64,000 nt of DNA from positions 1-64,000 of IMG/VR virus record IMGVR_UViG_3300042319_001830. One strand, written 5' to 3'. The first letter of the stretch is position 1. Every line of letters begins with the position of its first letter. The notes below the pieces were generated by a model. The model did no database searches, was not told the origin of the DNA, and saw nothing but the letters and a program-made list of their open reading frames with translations. A program made the position numbers and the translations under genes. Below, piece after piece: positions 17,933-28,869 of the stretch. Source of the stretch: a virus.

Positions 17933-20269
17933 ATGAACTTTAAATCATTAGTAAACGAAATTGGTTGTGATAGTCGTATCAAAAACGGAACATTGGATCT
18001 TAAAAATGAAGATCACGTTTTTGTATTGCAGGAGTACTTGGAGAAGGCTGGTTACGATATTAATGAAATTGTAGATAAAACAGCTAGATTATTTGAAGCT
18101 GGTAGATTTCCTGAAAGACAAGCATACAACAAAGACGGTATACTTGTAACGTTTCCAAATAAACAATATAGAGATAGAGCTGTAAACAAAGGAACTCACT
18201 TTGCTGAAAATCCTAAAAAGGCACAAACTAATATTTTTACTGCAGATGGTGAACCAGAAGGTGGTGAACAAACATCTTCTGAAAAATCTAAAAGTCAACC
18301 CGCGACATTAGATCAAACATTAGAAAAAGATATTGAGGGTAATAAAGATACAGACGAAAGAACGCCACGGGAAAAGAAACAAGATGCTTATGGAGTAGAG
18401 GCTATATTGATGGGACAAACTCCATTGGTAAACTATAGTGTTGATGAAGCCAAGAAATTTGGGTTTTATAAAAAAGGTTTTAATTGGTATGATACTGAGG
18501 GTAGTTTAATCGGTGAACAAATATACGATGATAGTCAATCTAAACATATAATAGTAGCAGACGCTATATCGCCATCATCATACATAAAGAAAGCTGAAAA
18601 AATAATAAATATCATCAACCCAGATCTTCTTAATAAGTTAGAATTCTTAAAAAATGCAGAAAAAACAGATAGAACAAAAATATTTGAAACAATTCCTATA
18701 TTGACTGCGTTTGGTATTACTGACTATAAAACATTAAAAACAAGCGGTGATTATGTAGATTTTGCAATCGGATTTCTTAAAGAATGGGGTAACCTAAGAA
18801 CTAGATTGGAATCTATCTCGGATACAAACGCTCGTGAGGAAAATTTAAAGATTTACAATTTGGTTGATGGAGATTTAAAAAATATAGGCGGATCATCAGG
18901 AGTAACTTTAGCGCAATTAGGTACACCATCAAATTTTATTCATGCGTCTATAAAAGATTTTTATATCGCCGCGGATATTTACAATTCGAAATTTGTTAAA
19001 GGAAAAGAAACAAAAGAGAACACAGCGGATATTGTCTTAATCTATGGTGGAACTAAAGAAGATGTGTTTAACGCTTTAAAGACAGGAAATATAGAAAGTC
19101 AAGACGTAGATTCCATGGCAAAGATAAAAGGTGAAGATATTAAATTTGCATTAATAAGTCTTAAAGCTGGATCTGCTAGATTAGGACACGTATTAACGCA
19201 GTTGGCACAATACGTTGGTCAAACAATATCAGCTTCTCCAGCAGAAAAATCATCTTCCAAGAAAGTCAAAAAAGAAGAACTTAATGAGGGATTTTTAGAT
19301 ACTATATCCAACAGCATCAAAAACGCAATTGATAAAATTAAAACTATACCTGAAATTGCAAAAAATTATTTTTCATCGTTTATTAATGCAATAAATCCGT
19401 TTACTACAAAGATAACAAATTTCTTTTTTAAAGAACTTAACGCGGATGTTAATCAATTACAATCGACGGAACTTAAAAATTTAGAAAGAATAGAAAATGA
19501 TCTTGAAAGAGAACTTGGTACGATTGACGAAGGTTCTAGTAAATGTGACAAACAACACGCATCGTACACAAGTACGGTTGATAAAAATTTAACTTTATTT
19601 AAGAACGTTTTGAAATCAAATACGGAAGATATATCATTGATTAATAAAATCACAGAACTATCAAATAATGATTCATTAATACAATTCTTTCCTATCAATA
19701 TAGAAAAGGTCGAGTTGGACAGTATTAAGAAATTGAAAGAAAATTTAGTATACACTATTAATCAAATCCAAGCAGACTTTGATATTAACGATTGTTTGGA
19801 AAGAGATACTTTAAGACCTATATTTAAATATAGAGCAAACATTTTAGCTTTGAAATATTTAGATTTAATACTAAACAACGTATTGAAAGATGTCAATACA
19901 TCAGATCCAAATAAAATCCGTGAAGAGTTTATTAAACTATCTAGTCTACTTTCATCCGAAGCTGTATTTGGTACTAATGTAAGTTTACCTTTGATCAAAT
20001 TTACGGGAGAAAAAATAGAGAAGTTAAAGTATAAAAGCAATTTCAACTTAGAAATTCCTAAAAAATATAATGATATCAAATTAGGTAAGATTAAGATCAA
20101 TGTTGTACCGGATGAAGGATATCTAAGTGTTAATCTTTATTTGTTTATTGGCATTACAATGAAAGACGACATTGCCACACCAACATATGCTAATTATGCA
20201 ATGGATAGTAGTAGCGGAAGTAAATTTACATTCAAAGTAGAAGGTCAGAAAGTCGTTGACAAAATATGA
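17933..20269 (+). CDS. Large hypothetical protein with a possible PD-(D/E)XK-like nuclease domain
   Basis: 778-aa ORF; the KENTADIVL...FALISLKAG pattern resembles restriction-endonuclease-fold sites. Confidence 0.45.
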   Translation: MNFKSLVNEIGCDSRIKNGTLDLKNEDHVFVLQEYLEKAGYDINEIVDKTARLFEAGRFPERQAYNKDGILVTFPNKQYRDRAVNKGTHFAENPKKAQTNIFTADGEPEGGEQTSSEKSKSQPATLDQTLEKDIEGNKDTDERTPREKKQDAYGVEAILMGQTPLVNYSVDEAKKFGFYKKGFNWYDTEGSLIGEQIYDDSQSKHIIVADAISPSSYIKKAEKIINIINPDLLNKLEFLKNAEKTDRTKIFETIPILTAFGITDYKTLKTSGDYVDFAIGFLKEWGNLRTRLESISDTNAREENLKIYNLVDGDLKNIGGSSGVTLAQLGTPSNFIHASIKDFYIAADIYNSKFVKGKETKENTADIVLIYGGTKEDVFNALKTGNIESQDVDSMAKIKGEDIKFALISLKAGSARLGHVLTQLAQYVGQTISASPAEKSSSKKVKKEELNEGFLDTISNSIKNAIDKIKTIPEIAKNYFSSFINAINPFTTKITNFFFKELNADVNQLQSTELKNLERIENDLERELGTIDEGSSKCDKQHASYTSTVDKNLTLFKNVLKSNTEDISLINKITELSNNDSLIQFFPINIEKVELDSIKKLKENLVYTINQIQADFDINDCLERDTLRPIFKYRANILALKYLDLILNNVLKDVNTSDPNKIREEFIKLSSLLSSEAVFGTNVSLPLIKFTGEKIEKLKYKSNFNLEIPKKYNDIKLGKIKINVVPDEGYLSVNLYLFIGITMKDDIATPTYANYAMDSSSGSKFTFKVEGQKVVDKI

Positions 20270-20661
20270 TAACTCAAAAACAATTGCTCTGTACATTTTC
20301 TAATAGTAGTCAATATACAGACGCATTAAAAGAAATACCAAAGCAATATACTCTTATAGATAATAAGATCTTTATATTTGCTAACGAAAATAATCTTCGG
20401 GAATTATATCTAACATTCAACGTTGAAAAACGTGAACAAATTAATAGATACAAAGGCACCATTAGTATACATCGTAAGAAGCAAACAAATACACTATATA
20501 CGCTCAATGCAATGAATAAGTTGATTGCTGATGAAAACAATGGTGTATTTGATAAGAGCTTTCAATTAAATTGGGATTTATATAAAAACAGTATTATTTT
20601 AACCAATGAAATTGGGGTAAAAATAGTTTCATTAAAATTGTTTTCTATCTCTGAAATTTAA
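20266..20661 (+). CDS. Conserved hypothetical phage protein
   Basis: QLLCTF...HRKKQTNTLYTLNAMN motif; ATGA overlap with the upstream gene. Confidence 0.65.
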   Translation: MITQKQLLCTFSNSSQYTDALKEIPKQYTLIDNKIFIFANENNLRELYLTFNVEKREQINRYKGTISIHRKKQTNTLYTLNAMNKLIADENNGVFDKSFQLNWDLYKNSIILTNEIGVKIVSLKLFSISEI

Positions 20662-20670
20662 TATGTATTT

Positions 20671-20704
20671 TTGACTTGATTTTGGTCTGCACCTAGTGTA
20701 GACT
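20671..20704 (+). promoter_or_regulatory. Sigma70-like promoter(s): TTGATT-N17-TAGACT or TTGACT-N17-TAGTGT
   Basis: Sequence match upstream of the SSB gene. Confidence 0.5.
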
Positions 20705-20786
20705 TAGTTTCGAGTTGGTTATACAATCTGGTTTGAGTGAACCAGACGAATTAATTAACTAATTAAACATTAAATATTAAATAATT

Positions 20787-21617
20787 ATGGCATTAGATCT
20801 AAGTCGGCTAAAGAGCCGTTTGAGCTCTCTCTCAAACACAAATCAGAAATCAAACTTGATTTGGAAACCAAAGCCTGGGAAACAGGTAGTTCGTATTGTT
20901 CCGTACAAGTATGTACCTGATAATCCATTCATTGAACTAAAGTTTCATTACAACATCAACAACAAGACATATCTATCTCCTGATAGTTTTGGTCGTCCAG
21001 ATCCAATCGTTGAATTTGCTAATCGTCTGAAAAAGACTGGTTCAAAAGAAGATTGGCAGATGGGTCGTAAGATGGAACCCAAGATGCGTACTTTCGTACC
21101 AGCTATTATTCGTGGCGAAGAAGGAGAAGGCGTAAAGTTCTGGGGATTTGGTAAACAAGTTTATCAAGAACTTCTATCAATCATCAGTGATCCTGATTTT
21201 GGTGATATTACCGATCTAACCAATGGTCGTGATATCGTTGTAGAATTCAAGACAGCTGAAGGCGGAGCTAGTTTCCCAGAAACAAGCATTCGTGTTAAGC
21301 CAAATGTAAGTCTCGCGGTAGATCCTAAAAACGCACAGTTGATGGAAGCGTTGAAGTCCCAAGTTAATATTTTGGATCTATTTGAAGAACTATCCTATAA
21401 CGATCTAAAAGATGTTATGGATAAATGGTTAAATCCAGAAGCTGCTGCTTCTGAGATCGTAACAGAACCAACCGCAAGTGGAGATGACGATGAAGCTCCA
21501 TTCCCCACAAGCCCCGTGGTCACATCCCAAGCAAAAGCCGTTCAATCACCAAGTACAGCTAAAGCTAAGGGTAAAGATAGTGTAGATCAAGCATTTGATG
21601 ACTTGTTTAACTCTTAA
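20787..21617 (+). CDS. Single-stranded DNA-binding protein (T4 gp32-like)
   Basis: WKPKPGKQVVRIVP, FWGFGKQVYQEL, DITDLTNGRDI; acidic C-terminus AFDDLFNS. Confidence 0.87.
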   Translation: MALDLSRLKSRLSSLSNTNQKSNLIWKPKPGKQVVRIVPYKYVPDNPFIELKFHYNINNKTYLSPDSFGRPDPIVEFANRLKKTGSKEDWQMGRKMEPKMRTFVPAIIRGEEGEGVKFWGFGKQVYQELLSIISDPDFGDITDLTNGRDIVVEFKTAEGGASFPETSIRVKPNVSLAVDPKNAQLMEALKSQVNILDLFEELSYNDLKDVMDKWLNPEAAASEIVTEPTASGDDDEAPFPTSPVVTSQAKAVQSPSTAKAKGKDSVDQAFDDLFNS

Positions 21618-21629
21618 AAATTAAAAAAT

Positions 21630-21664
21630 AAGCCGGTGGAGTTTTTATAGTCCACCGGCTTTCT
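21630..21664 (+). terminator. Rho-independent terminator
   Basis: 11-bp stem AAGCCGGTGGA/TCCACCGGCTT followed by T residues. Confidence 0.8.
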
Positions 21665-21677
21665 ATTTATATACGTT

Positions 21678-22817
21678 ATGGCAAAAAAAAGTGTTAGTAA
21701 AGATACGGGTCAACGTGACGAACTAATCGAAATGTTGGCAAATGAATTAAATAAAGCAAATAAAGAGGGTGGAAAGATTGCTCATTTTCTAGATGAACAA
21801 GACAATCCATCTGAAATCACGGATTGGATTAGCACTGGTTCTTCTATTTTAGATTTGGCAATTAGTAATCGTCCACACGGCGGGTTGCCGGTTGGAAAAA
21901 TGGTAGAATTTAACGGACTTGAAGGTACTGGTAAAAGTTTGTTATCCGCGCACGTTGTTGCCGACACCCAAAAGAAAGGTGGTATTGCTGTAGTAATTGA
22001 TACAGAAAACTCAGCTGCTCCTGAATTCTGGAAAAGTTTAGGTGTAGACTTGTCTAGGTTATTGTATGTTCAATGTGAAACCGTTGAAGATATTTTTGCC
22101 CAGATGGAACGAATGATCGCTATTGTTCGTAAAAGTGACAAGGATCGAATTCTAACAATTATTGTTGATTCCGTAGCAGCGGCATCTACAAAGGTAGAAC
22201 TTGAAAGTGATCACGGTAAAGATGGTTACGCTACTGGTAAGTCAATTATTATCAGCAAAGCAATGCGTAAAATTACTACTATGATTGGTCGGCAGAAGGT
22301 ACTTACAGTGTTTACTAATCAGCTACGTCAGAATCTAAAGGCTATGGCGTTTGGCGATCAGTATGTGGTATCAGGTGGTAAAGCACTTGCTTATCACTGT
22401 AGTGTTCGTGTTCGTTTAAATAATACAGGTAAACTCAAGAGGGGTGATGAAGTTATTGGTAACGAATGTAAAGCGGTTGTTGTGAAGAATCGTATGGGTC
22501 CGCCACAACGTCAAGCAAGTTTTGATATCTATTTTGATAGCGGAATTGCTGACTATGGTAGTTGGATTAAAGTTCTAAAAGATCAAAGTCTGATTAAACA
22601 AGGTGGTGCTTATTACACATACAAGAAGAATGATGGATCCGAATGGAAGTTTCAATCCAAAGACTTTGTGACCGTGATGAAAACAGACAAGGAACTGAGT
22701 GAAGAAATTTACTTGAAGATTTGTGATGTTGTAATTATGAAGTACAAAGACTTTAATAGTCAGATCATTGATGATGCTGTCGTAGAGTCAGAAGAAACTT
22801 CGGTTAGCGAAGAATAA
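21678..22817 (+). CDS. recA: RecA/UvsX recombinase
   Basis: STGSSILDLAI, Walker A GLEGTGKS, IIVDSVAA, NQLR, GGKALAYHCSVRV, KNRMGPP. Confidence 0.95.
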   Translation: MAKKSVSKDTGQRDELIEMLANELNKANKEGGKIAHFLDEQDNPSEITDWISTGSSILDLAISNRPHGGLPVGKMVEFNGLEGTGKSLLSAHVVADTQKKGGIAVVIDTENSAAPEFWKSLGVDLSRLLYVQCETVEDIFAQMERMIAIVRKSDKDRILTIIVDSVAAASTKVELESDHGKDGYATGKSIIISKAMRKITTMIGRQKVLTVFTNQLRQNLKAMAFGDQYVVSGGKALAYHCSVRVRLNNTGKLKRGDEVIGNECKAVVVKNRMGPPQRQASFDIYFDSGIADYGSWIKVLKDQSLIKQGGAYYTYKKNDGSEWKFQSKDFVTVMKTDKELSEEIYLKICDVVIMKYKDFNSQIIDDAVVESEETSVSEE

Positions 22818-22818
22818 T

Positions 22819-23886
22819 ATGAGCGGATTCAGTTCATTTGAAAAGAAGAAACTGTACTCCTTGTTTGAAAACATTAAGGAGGGTGTTGGAAGTGACGGTC
22901 TCAAAAAGACTACTAATTCTGACATCCTCCTTGTTGATGGCCTTAATACTTACATTAGAAGTTTTATGGCCATTCCGTCACTTAATGAGGATGGATTACA
23001 CACAGGTGGTATTGCGGGTTTCTTAAAAAGCATTGGATATGCAATTAAATTGCTTTCTCCTACCCGAGTTATTATTGTATTTGATGGTAAGGGAGGAAGT
23101 CAGAAACGTAGAAAGATTTATCCAGCTTACAAAAATGGTAGAAAGACAGATATCAGACTCAATCGTAATTATGAAGAACTGTCTTCATCTGAGATAGAAT
23201 CTGTAAACTTTAAAAAAGAATTGATTCGTACTGTAAATTATTTAGATACTTTGCCTGTTACTATAATGGCAATTGATCAAATAGAAGCAGACGATACAAT
23301 TGCTTATTTAGCTACAGAAACTTTTAAGGACAGCAATATAACAATTATGTCTACTGATAAAGACTTTTTACAATTGGCAAATGACAAAGTCAAAATTTGG
23401 AGTCCTGTCAAAAAGAGAATATTTGGTTGTAAAGAAATATTAGATGAATATGGAGTTACATGTAGTAACTATATTTTATATAGAGTTATGGAAGGTGATG
23501 TCAGTGATAATATTCCAGGACTGGATGGCGTAGGTTTGAAGCGGGTAATTAAATCATTTCCTTTCTTGTCAGAAGAACGTCAATATGATTTGAATGAGAT
23601 TTATAATTACGCAGAAAATAACAAGGGTAAGTATAAAATATATCAGACCGTGTTAGATAACAAGTTACTACTTGAACGTAATCACACGTTGATGCAGTTA
23701 AAAGATACGCAAGTACAGTCATTTACACAGTTACGTATAGAAGAAATAATAAAAACTCCTGTACGTAGAATTGATAAAATGAGTTTTACTAAATTGATTA
23801 CAGAAGACAAAATGTGGAATAATATCCCCAATTATCACATTTGGTTACAAGAATGTTTTGGCAAATTAAATAGTTTTGTAGAATAA
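22819..23886 (+). CDS. 5'-3' exonuclease/flap endonuclease (T4 RNase H-like)
   Basis: LVDGLN, VFDGKGG, EADDTIAY, STDKDFLQL, GDVSDNIPG. Confidence 0.92.
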   Translation: MSGFSSFEKKKLYSLFENIKEGVGSDGLKKTTNSDILLVDGLNTYIRSFMAIPSLNEDGLHTGGIAGFLKSIGYAIKLLSPTRVIIVFDGKGGSQKRRKIYPAYKNGRKTDIRLNRNYEELSSSEIESVNFKKELIRTVNYLDTLPVTIMAIDQIEADDTIAYLATETFKDSNITIMSTDKDFLQLANDKVKIWSPVKKRIFGCKEILDEYGVTCSNYILYRVMEGDVSDNIPGLDGVGLKRVIKSFPFLSEERQYDLNEIYNYAENNKGKYKIYQTVLDNKLLLERNHTLMQLKDTQVQSFTQLRIEEIIKTPVRRIDKMSFTKLITEDKMWNNIPNYHIWLQECFGKLNSFVE

Positions 23887-23905
23887 AAACGTCGGTTAAT
23901 AAAAG

Positions 23906-23934
23906 TTGAAAACCACAAAATTCAGTGGTATAGT
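23906..23934 (+). promoter_or_regulatory. Sigma70-like promoter TTGAAA-N17-TATAGT with extended TG
   Basis: Sequence match upstream of the helicase. Confidence 0.55.
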
Positions 23935-23945
23935 AGAGTTATCTT

Positions 23946-25325
23946 ATGGAAAACAAAAAAGCAATTGATTCATTAACAAAATACGGCCGTGACTTCCAAA
24001 TCAAGTGTATTTCGTGTTTAATATCTGATCGTTCATTTATTGAACGTATCAATGATATTATCGAAGTAGACTTCTTTGAAAGTGATGCAAATAAATGGGT
24101 CGTAAAAGAAAGTATAAAGTATTTTAACGAATATAAAGATCTACCAACTTTAACTGTATTCAAGATTAAAGTTGATGAAGTAAACGATGAACTACTTAAA
24201 AGAAGCATCGTGGATAATCTCAAATTAGTTTATCAAAAGGTAAGTGATAACGATTTGAAGTTTGTTAAGGAACAGTTCTTGGAATTCTGTAAAAATCAGA
24301 AACTAAAGAATGCTATTATTGAAAGTGCTGATTTATTAGCACTTGGTCAATATGATAAAATTAAGAATGTAGTTGATCACGCGATGAAAGCTGGTATGGA
24401 ACGTAATATTGGTCACGATTATACCGAAGATGTAGAACAACGAATGAGTGTAATGAGTCGTAATTGCGTTAAAACCAATTGGACTGAAATTGATACCATT
24501 ATGGACGGAGGATTGGCAGCGGGTGAATTGGGTATTATTACAGCTTGTGCTGGTAGTGGTAAGAGTTGGGTACTATCTAAACTAGGCGTTGAAGCGATGA
24601 AACAAGGTAAAAATGTAGTTCATTTTACGCTTGAATTGAATGAAAATTATGTTGGACTACGTTATGATGCTTGTTTTACAGGAATTGATTTCCAGAATAT
24701 TCGTAATAACGTAGACATCGTGAAGAAGAAGATTGCAGAGGTGCCTGGAAAATTGAAGATTAAATATTTTCCAATTAAAACAGTAAGTGCTTATAGCCTT
24801 AAAGCTCATTGTGAACGATTGGCTATACTAGGTACTAAAGTTGATCTGATTATTGTAGATTACGCAGATATTCTACGTCCATCGCAAAGTGAACGTAATA
24901 GTAACAGTTATAGTGAAGCTGGTGGTATTTATGAAGAACTACGAGGTGTAGCTGGTGAGTTACAAGTTCCTATTTGGAGTGCTTCACAGAGTAATCGGGC
25001 TGCTATGGATGAAGACATTATTCAGGCTAACAACATTGCTGATAGTTATCGTAAGATTATGACCGCTGACTTTGTTCTTAGTCTAAGTCGTAAAGTTAAC
25101 GATAAACAAGCAAATACTGCACGATTCCACGTAATTAAGAATCGTTTCGGCCCGGATGGTTTGACCTTTCCAAGTAAGATGAATGCTAGTTGTGGTGATA
25201 TTGAAATTTATGGTGAAAATAGCCGTGAGGGTATGAGTATCTTGAATGAAATGATGGATGGTGAAAATCAAGTCAAAAAGGTTCTAAAATCAAAATGGAA
25301 TGTTCATAACAATGACGAAGAATAA
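23946..25325 (+). CDS. dnaB: Replicative DnaB-like helicase (T4 gp41-like)
   Basis: ACAGSGKS, FTLEL, IIVDYADIL, SASQSNR, KNRFGPDG. Confidence 0.92.
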   Translation: MENKKAIDSLTKYGRDFQIKCISCLISDRSFIERINDIIEVDFFESDANKWVVKESIKYFNEYKDLPTLTVFKIKVDEVNDELLKRSIVDNLKLVYQKVSDNDLKFVKEQFLEFCKNQKLKNAIIESADLLALGQYDKIKNVVDHAMKAGMERNIGHDYTEDVEQRMSVMSRNCVKTNWTEIDTIMDGGLAAGELGIITACAGSGKSWVLSKLGVEAMKQGKNVVHFTLELNENYVGLRYDACFTGIDFQNIRNNVDIVKKKIAEVPGKLKIKYFPIKTVSAYSLKAHCERLAILGTKVDLIIVDYADILRPSQSERNSNSYSEAGGIYEELRGVAGELQVPIWSASQSNRAAMDEDIIQANNIADSYRKIMTADFVLSLSRKVNDKQANTARFHVIKNRFGPDGLTFPSKMNASCGDIEIYGENSREGMSILNEMMDGENQVKKVLKSKWNVHNNDEE

Positions 25326-25426
25326 CTCATAGTATGGAGCAGACGAAAAACACATAAAAAAATAATAAAAAAGTTATAGACTAAACGCAAAATGAACTAT
25401 CTAAACAATAGTTATTTTTTACCCGT

Positions 25427-27712
25427 ATGAATAAAGAAATTTTTATAAAGAAACGAAATGGTATCACTGAGAAGTTTAATGCAGATAAAATCAATAAAAT
25501 TTTACAATGGGCTACTGAAGATATAAAAGGTGTTGGATTTGAAGAAGTAGCGATGAACGCTCATTTGTCGTTCTTCGATGGTATGACATCAAAAGATATC
25601 CACGTGATGTTGATTGAAGCCGCGTCTAATCTAATCACAGAAGATAAACCTAATTATCAATTTGTAGCATCACGTTTATTAAATTATCAATTACGAAAAA
25701 ATGTTTGGGGTGGTAAAAATCCCCCAAAGTTACACGATTTAGTTAAAACTAATATTGATGCTTTGGTTTATGACTCGGATATTTTAAATTGGTATTCCAA
25801 ACAAGAATTTGACAAGCTAGATGAGTTTTTACGACATGATCGTGATTTTAATTTCACGTATGCTGGTATCAAACAGTTGTGTGATAAGTACTTGGTCCAA
25901 AATAGGGCTACTAAGGTAATTTATGAAAGTCCTCAGTTTGCTTATATGCTTATTGCAATGACTTTCTTTAAAGATTATAAAGAAAACCGACTTGAGTATG
26001 TAAAGAAAGCTTATAACTACTTTAGTAAACATAAGATCAATTTACCCACACCAATTATGGCAGGCGTAAGAACTCCAATGAAGAGTTATGCCAGTTGTTC
26101 ACTGTTCACAGTCGATGATGATCTACGTAGTATTTTCAGCAACAATAGTGCGGTTGGGTTTGCTACAGCTAGTCGTTATGGCATTGGATTGAATTTATCA
26201 AGACTACGTGCTACAAACGCTCCAATTCGTAATGGTGAAGTAATGCATACAGGTCCAATTCCATTTGCTAAATCATTTGAAGCTACAGTAAAGAGTTGTC
26301 ACCAGAATGGCATTCGTGGTGGGAGCGCAACTGTAAATTTCGCTTGGTTCCATTATGATATTCTAGATATTCTTGTATTGAAGAATAATCAAGGTACAGA
26401 TGATAATCGAGTTCGTAAGTTAGATTATTGCGTGGGTCTTGATAAACTAATTTTTGAACGTTTCTTGAAGAATCAAGACGTTACACTATTTAGTTATCAC
26501 GAATGCCCTTCACTGTGGAATACATTTGGAATGGAAGGATTCAGAGAAAAATATGAAAAGGCTGAAGCTAACAAGAATCTCAAGTTCAAGAAGAAAGTAC
26601 CTGCACGTGAATTGATGGGTCTACTTGCTAAAGAGCGTCTTGAAACTGGACGTATTTATACAATGTTCGTGGATCACGCAAATGAACACGGTAGTTGGTT
26701 GGATCAAGTGGATACAAGCAATCTTTGCCTTGAAGTGCATCATCCGTTAATTCCTATTTATGACGTTAATGATCAAAAAGGAGAAATTGGAGTCTGTGTA
26801 TTGGCAGCATTGAATTGGTTAGAAATTAAAGATGATACTGAAATGGAAAATGTATGTGACATCATTGTCAGAATGTTGGACGCTTTGATTGATCACCAAG
26901 AATATTTCGTACCAGCAGCAAAGAACTTTGCTACTAAACGTCGTAGTCTTGGTGTGGGTGTAAGTAACTTGGCTGCTCTATTGGCTAAAGAAGGATTGAA
27001 GTATTGGGATGAAAAAGCTCCAAATTTCGTATCTAGATGGATGGAAAAGACCAGTTACTATCTAATCAAAGCAAGTGTTGAAATGGCAAAAGAAATTGGT
27101 AAGTGTGAAAAGTTTGATCGTACTAAATTTAGTCAAGGTATTCTTCCTATTGATACTTATAAACGGGACATTGATGAATTTATCACTGAACCTTTACATA
27201 TGGATTGGGAAGCTTTACGTGAAGACATCAAGAAGTATGGTATGAGACATTCTACTCTTACTGCTTGTATGCCTGTAGAATCAAGTAGTGTAATTCAAAG
27301 TAGTACCAATGGTATTGAACCCCCCCGTAGTGCTATTAGTTTCAAGGGAAGCAAGAGTAACATTTTGCCTGTGGTGGTTCCAAATATTGATAAGTACAAG
27401 GATAATTATACTTTTGCTTTTGATATGCCAAATAATGAAGGATATTTGAAGGTAGCTGCTGCTATTCAAAAGTTCACAGATATGAGTATCAGTACCAACA
27501 CGTACTATATTCCGTCCCGTTATGAGAAAAACAAAGTGCCTGTAGAGGTTGTTATTAAAGATATTTTGTTGGCATACAAGTATGGATTGAAGAATCTATA
27601 TTATGCTAATACAGATGATGGTGATAAACAAACAGCCATGGAAACAAAAACGGTTGATGAAAAACCAATAGTACAAGAATCCGATTGTGAAAGCGGAGCT
27701 TGCGCTCTATAA
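25427..27712 (+). CDS. nrdA: Ribonucleotide reductase class Ia alpha subunit with ATP cone
   Basis: IKKRNG ATP cone, PTPIMAG, ASCSL, SNLCLE, C-terminal CESGACAL. Confidence 0.96.
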   Translation: MNKEIFIKKRNGITEKFNADKINKILQWATEDIKGVGFEEVAMNAHLSFFDGMTSKDIHVMLIEAASNLITEDKPNYQFVASRLLNYQLRKNVWGGKNPPKLHDLVKTNIDALVYDSDILNWYSKQEFDKLDEFLRHDRDFNFTYAGIKQLCDKYLVQNRATKVIYESPQFAYMLIAMTFFKDYKENRLEYVKKAYNYFSKHKINLPTPIMAGVRTPMKSYASCSLFTVDDDLRSIFSNNSAVGFATASRYGIGLNLSRLRATNAPIRNGEVMHTGPIPFAKSFEATVKSCHQNGIRGGSATVNFAWFHYDILDILVLKNNQGTDDNRVRKLDYCVGLDKLIFERFLKNQDVTLFSYHECPSLWNTFGMEGFREKYEKAEANKNLKFKKKVPARELMGLLAKERLETGRIYTMFVDHANEHGSWLDQVDTSNLCLEVHHPLIPIYDVNDQKGEIGVCVLAALNWLEIKDDTEMENVCDIIVRMLDALIDHQEYFVPAAKNFATKRRSLGVGVSNLAALLAKEGLKYWDEKAPNFVSRWMEKTSYYLIKASVEMAKEIGKCEKFDRTKFSQGILPIDTYKRDIDEFITEPLHMDWEALREDIKKYGMRHSTLTACMPVESSSVIQSSTNGIEPPRSAISFKGSKSNILPVVVPNIDKYKDNYTFAFDMPNNEGYLKVAAAIQKFTDMSISTNTYYIPSRYEKNKVPVEVVIKDILLAYKYGLKNLYYANTDDGDKQTAMETKTVDEKPIVQESDCESGACAL

Positions 27713-27725
27713 TAAAAAAATATAT

Positions 27726-28784
27726 ATGAAAACTGTACTAAATAAGAAAAACATAGATCAGTTGCGCAACCCAATGTTCTTGGGAGAAGATCTATCACTT
27801 CAGCGATATGATAAGATCAAATATCCAAAGTTTTATGATTTGTACGATCAACAACTAAATTTCTTTTGGCGACCCCAAGAAGTTTCGTTGGTGAAGGATA
27901 TTAGTGATTACAAGAATCTTTCTGCTGAGGAACGATTTGTTTTTGACAGTAATTTAAAGTTTCAAACTATGACTGATAGTATGTTGAGTCGTAGTATTCA
28001 CGAACTAATGAAGCACGTTACAAATAGTGAATTAGAAATTTGTATGAATGCGTGGAGTTTCTTTGAAACTATTCACAGTAACAGTTATACATACATTCTT
28101 AACAATGTTTATCCAGATGCTACCAAGTTCTTTGATAGTGTCTTAGAAGACGAAGAAATTGTGAAACGTGCTAAAGCTATTAGTAAGAAGTATGATGAAC
28201 TATTAACGCCGTCGGATGATATTAAACAACAATTGTTTGATGCTGTATTGGCAACTCAAATTACTGAAGGGTTGATATTCTATGTATCATTTGCTTGTAG
28301 TTTTTACTTTGGATATCGTGGAAAGATGGAGGGTAACAGTAAGATTATTAAATTTATCAGTAGAGATGAAAATCTTCACGTAGCTATTACCCAGAACATT
28401 ATGAAGAATTGGATAAATAATCCGGAAGAAGGATTCCAAGATATTGTTAAGAAAAATGAAGATAAGATATATGCTGCTTATGAAATGGCGGTAAATGCTG
28501 AAAAGGATTGGGCAGATTATCTATTTAGTAAAGGTAGTTTGGTTGGATTGACGGCGGAAAGTTTGAAACATTATATTGAATGGTTGGCTAATAACAGATT
28601 AACAAGTATGGGATATAAGAAATTGTATCCAGCTGCTAAGACCAATTTACTATCTGGGTGGTTAGATAGTTACTATGATAGTAAAAAACTTCAAGTAGCC
28701 CCCCAAGAAACTGAATTGAGTAGTTATGTTAAAGGAGTTGATAACACGATCAGTGAAGGTGCATTTGACGACTTCAAATTGTAA
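27726..28784 (+). CDS. nrdB: Ribonucleotide reductase class Ia beta subunit
   Basis: FFWRPQEV, ETIHSNSY (radical Tyr), EGLIFYVSF, RDENLH, APQETE; ATG at 27726. Confidence 0.96.
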   Translation: MKTVLNKKNIDQLRNPMFLGEDLSLQRYDKIKYPKFYDLYDQQLNFFWRPQEVSLVKDISDYKNLSAEERFVFDSNLKFQTMTDSMLSRSIHELMKHVTNSELEICMNAWSFFETIHSNSYTYILNNVYPDATKFFDSVLEDEEIVKRAKAISKKYDELLTPSDDIKQQLFDAVLATQITEGLIFYVSFACSFYFGYRGKMEGNSKIIKFISRDENLHVAITQNIMKNWINNPEEGFQDIVKKNEDKIYAAYEMAVNAEKDWADYLFSKGSLVGLTAESLKHYIEWLANNRLTSMGYKKLYPAAKTNLLSGWLDSYYDSKKLQVAPQETELSSYVKGVDNTISEGAFDDFKL

Positions 28785-28805
28785 TTGTAAATAATTAAAA
28801 AATAT

Positions 28806-28835
28806 AACGAGTACTTTAACGAGTACTCGTTTTTT
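28806..28835 (+). terminator. Rho-independent terminator
   Basis: Stem AACGAGTACT/AGTACTCGTT followed by a T run. Confidence 0.75.
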
Positions 28836-28869
28836 ATTATATTTATATCCATCTCGATCAATTTATATT

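Noticed and set aside
25326-25426. NrdR box or riboswitch upstream of nrdA
   Set aside because: Only a weak AACTAT/ATAGTT inverted repeat; no convincing match.
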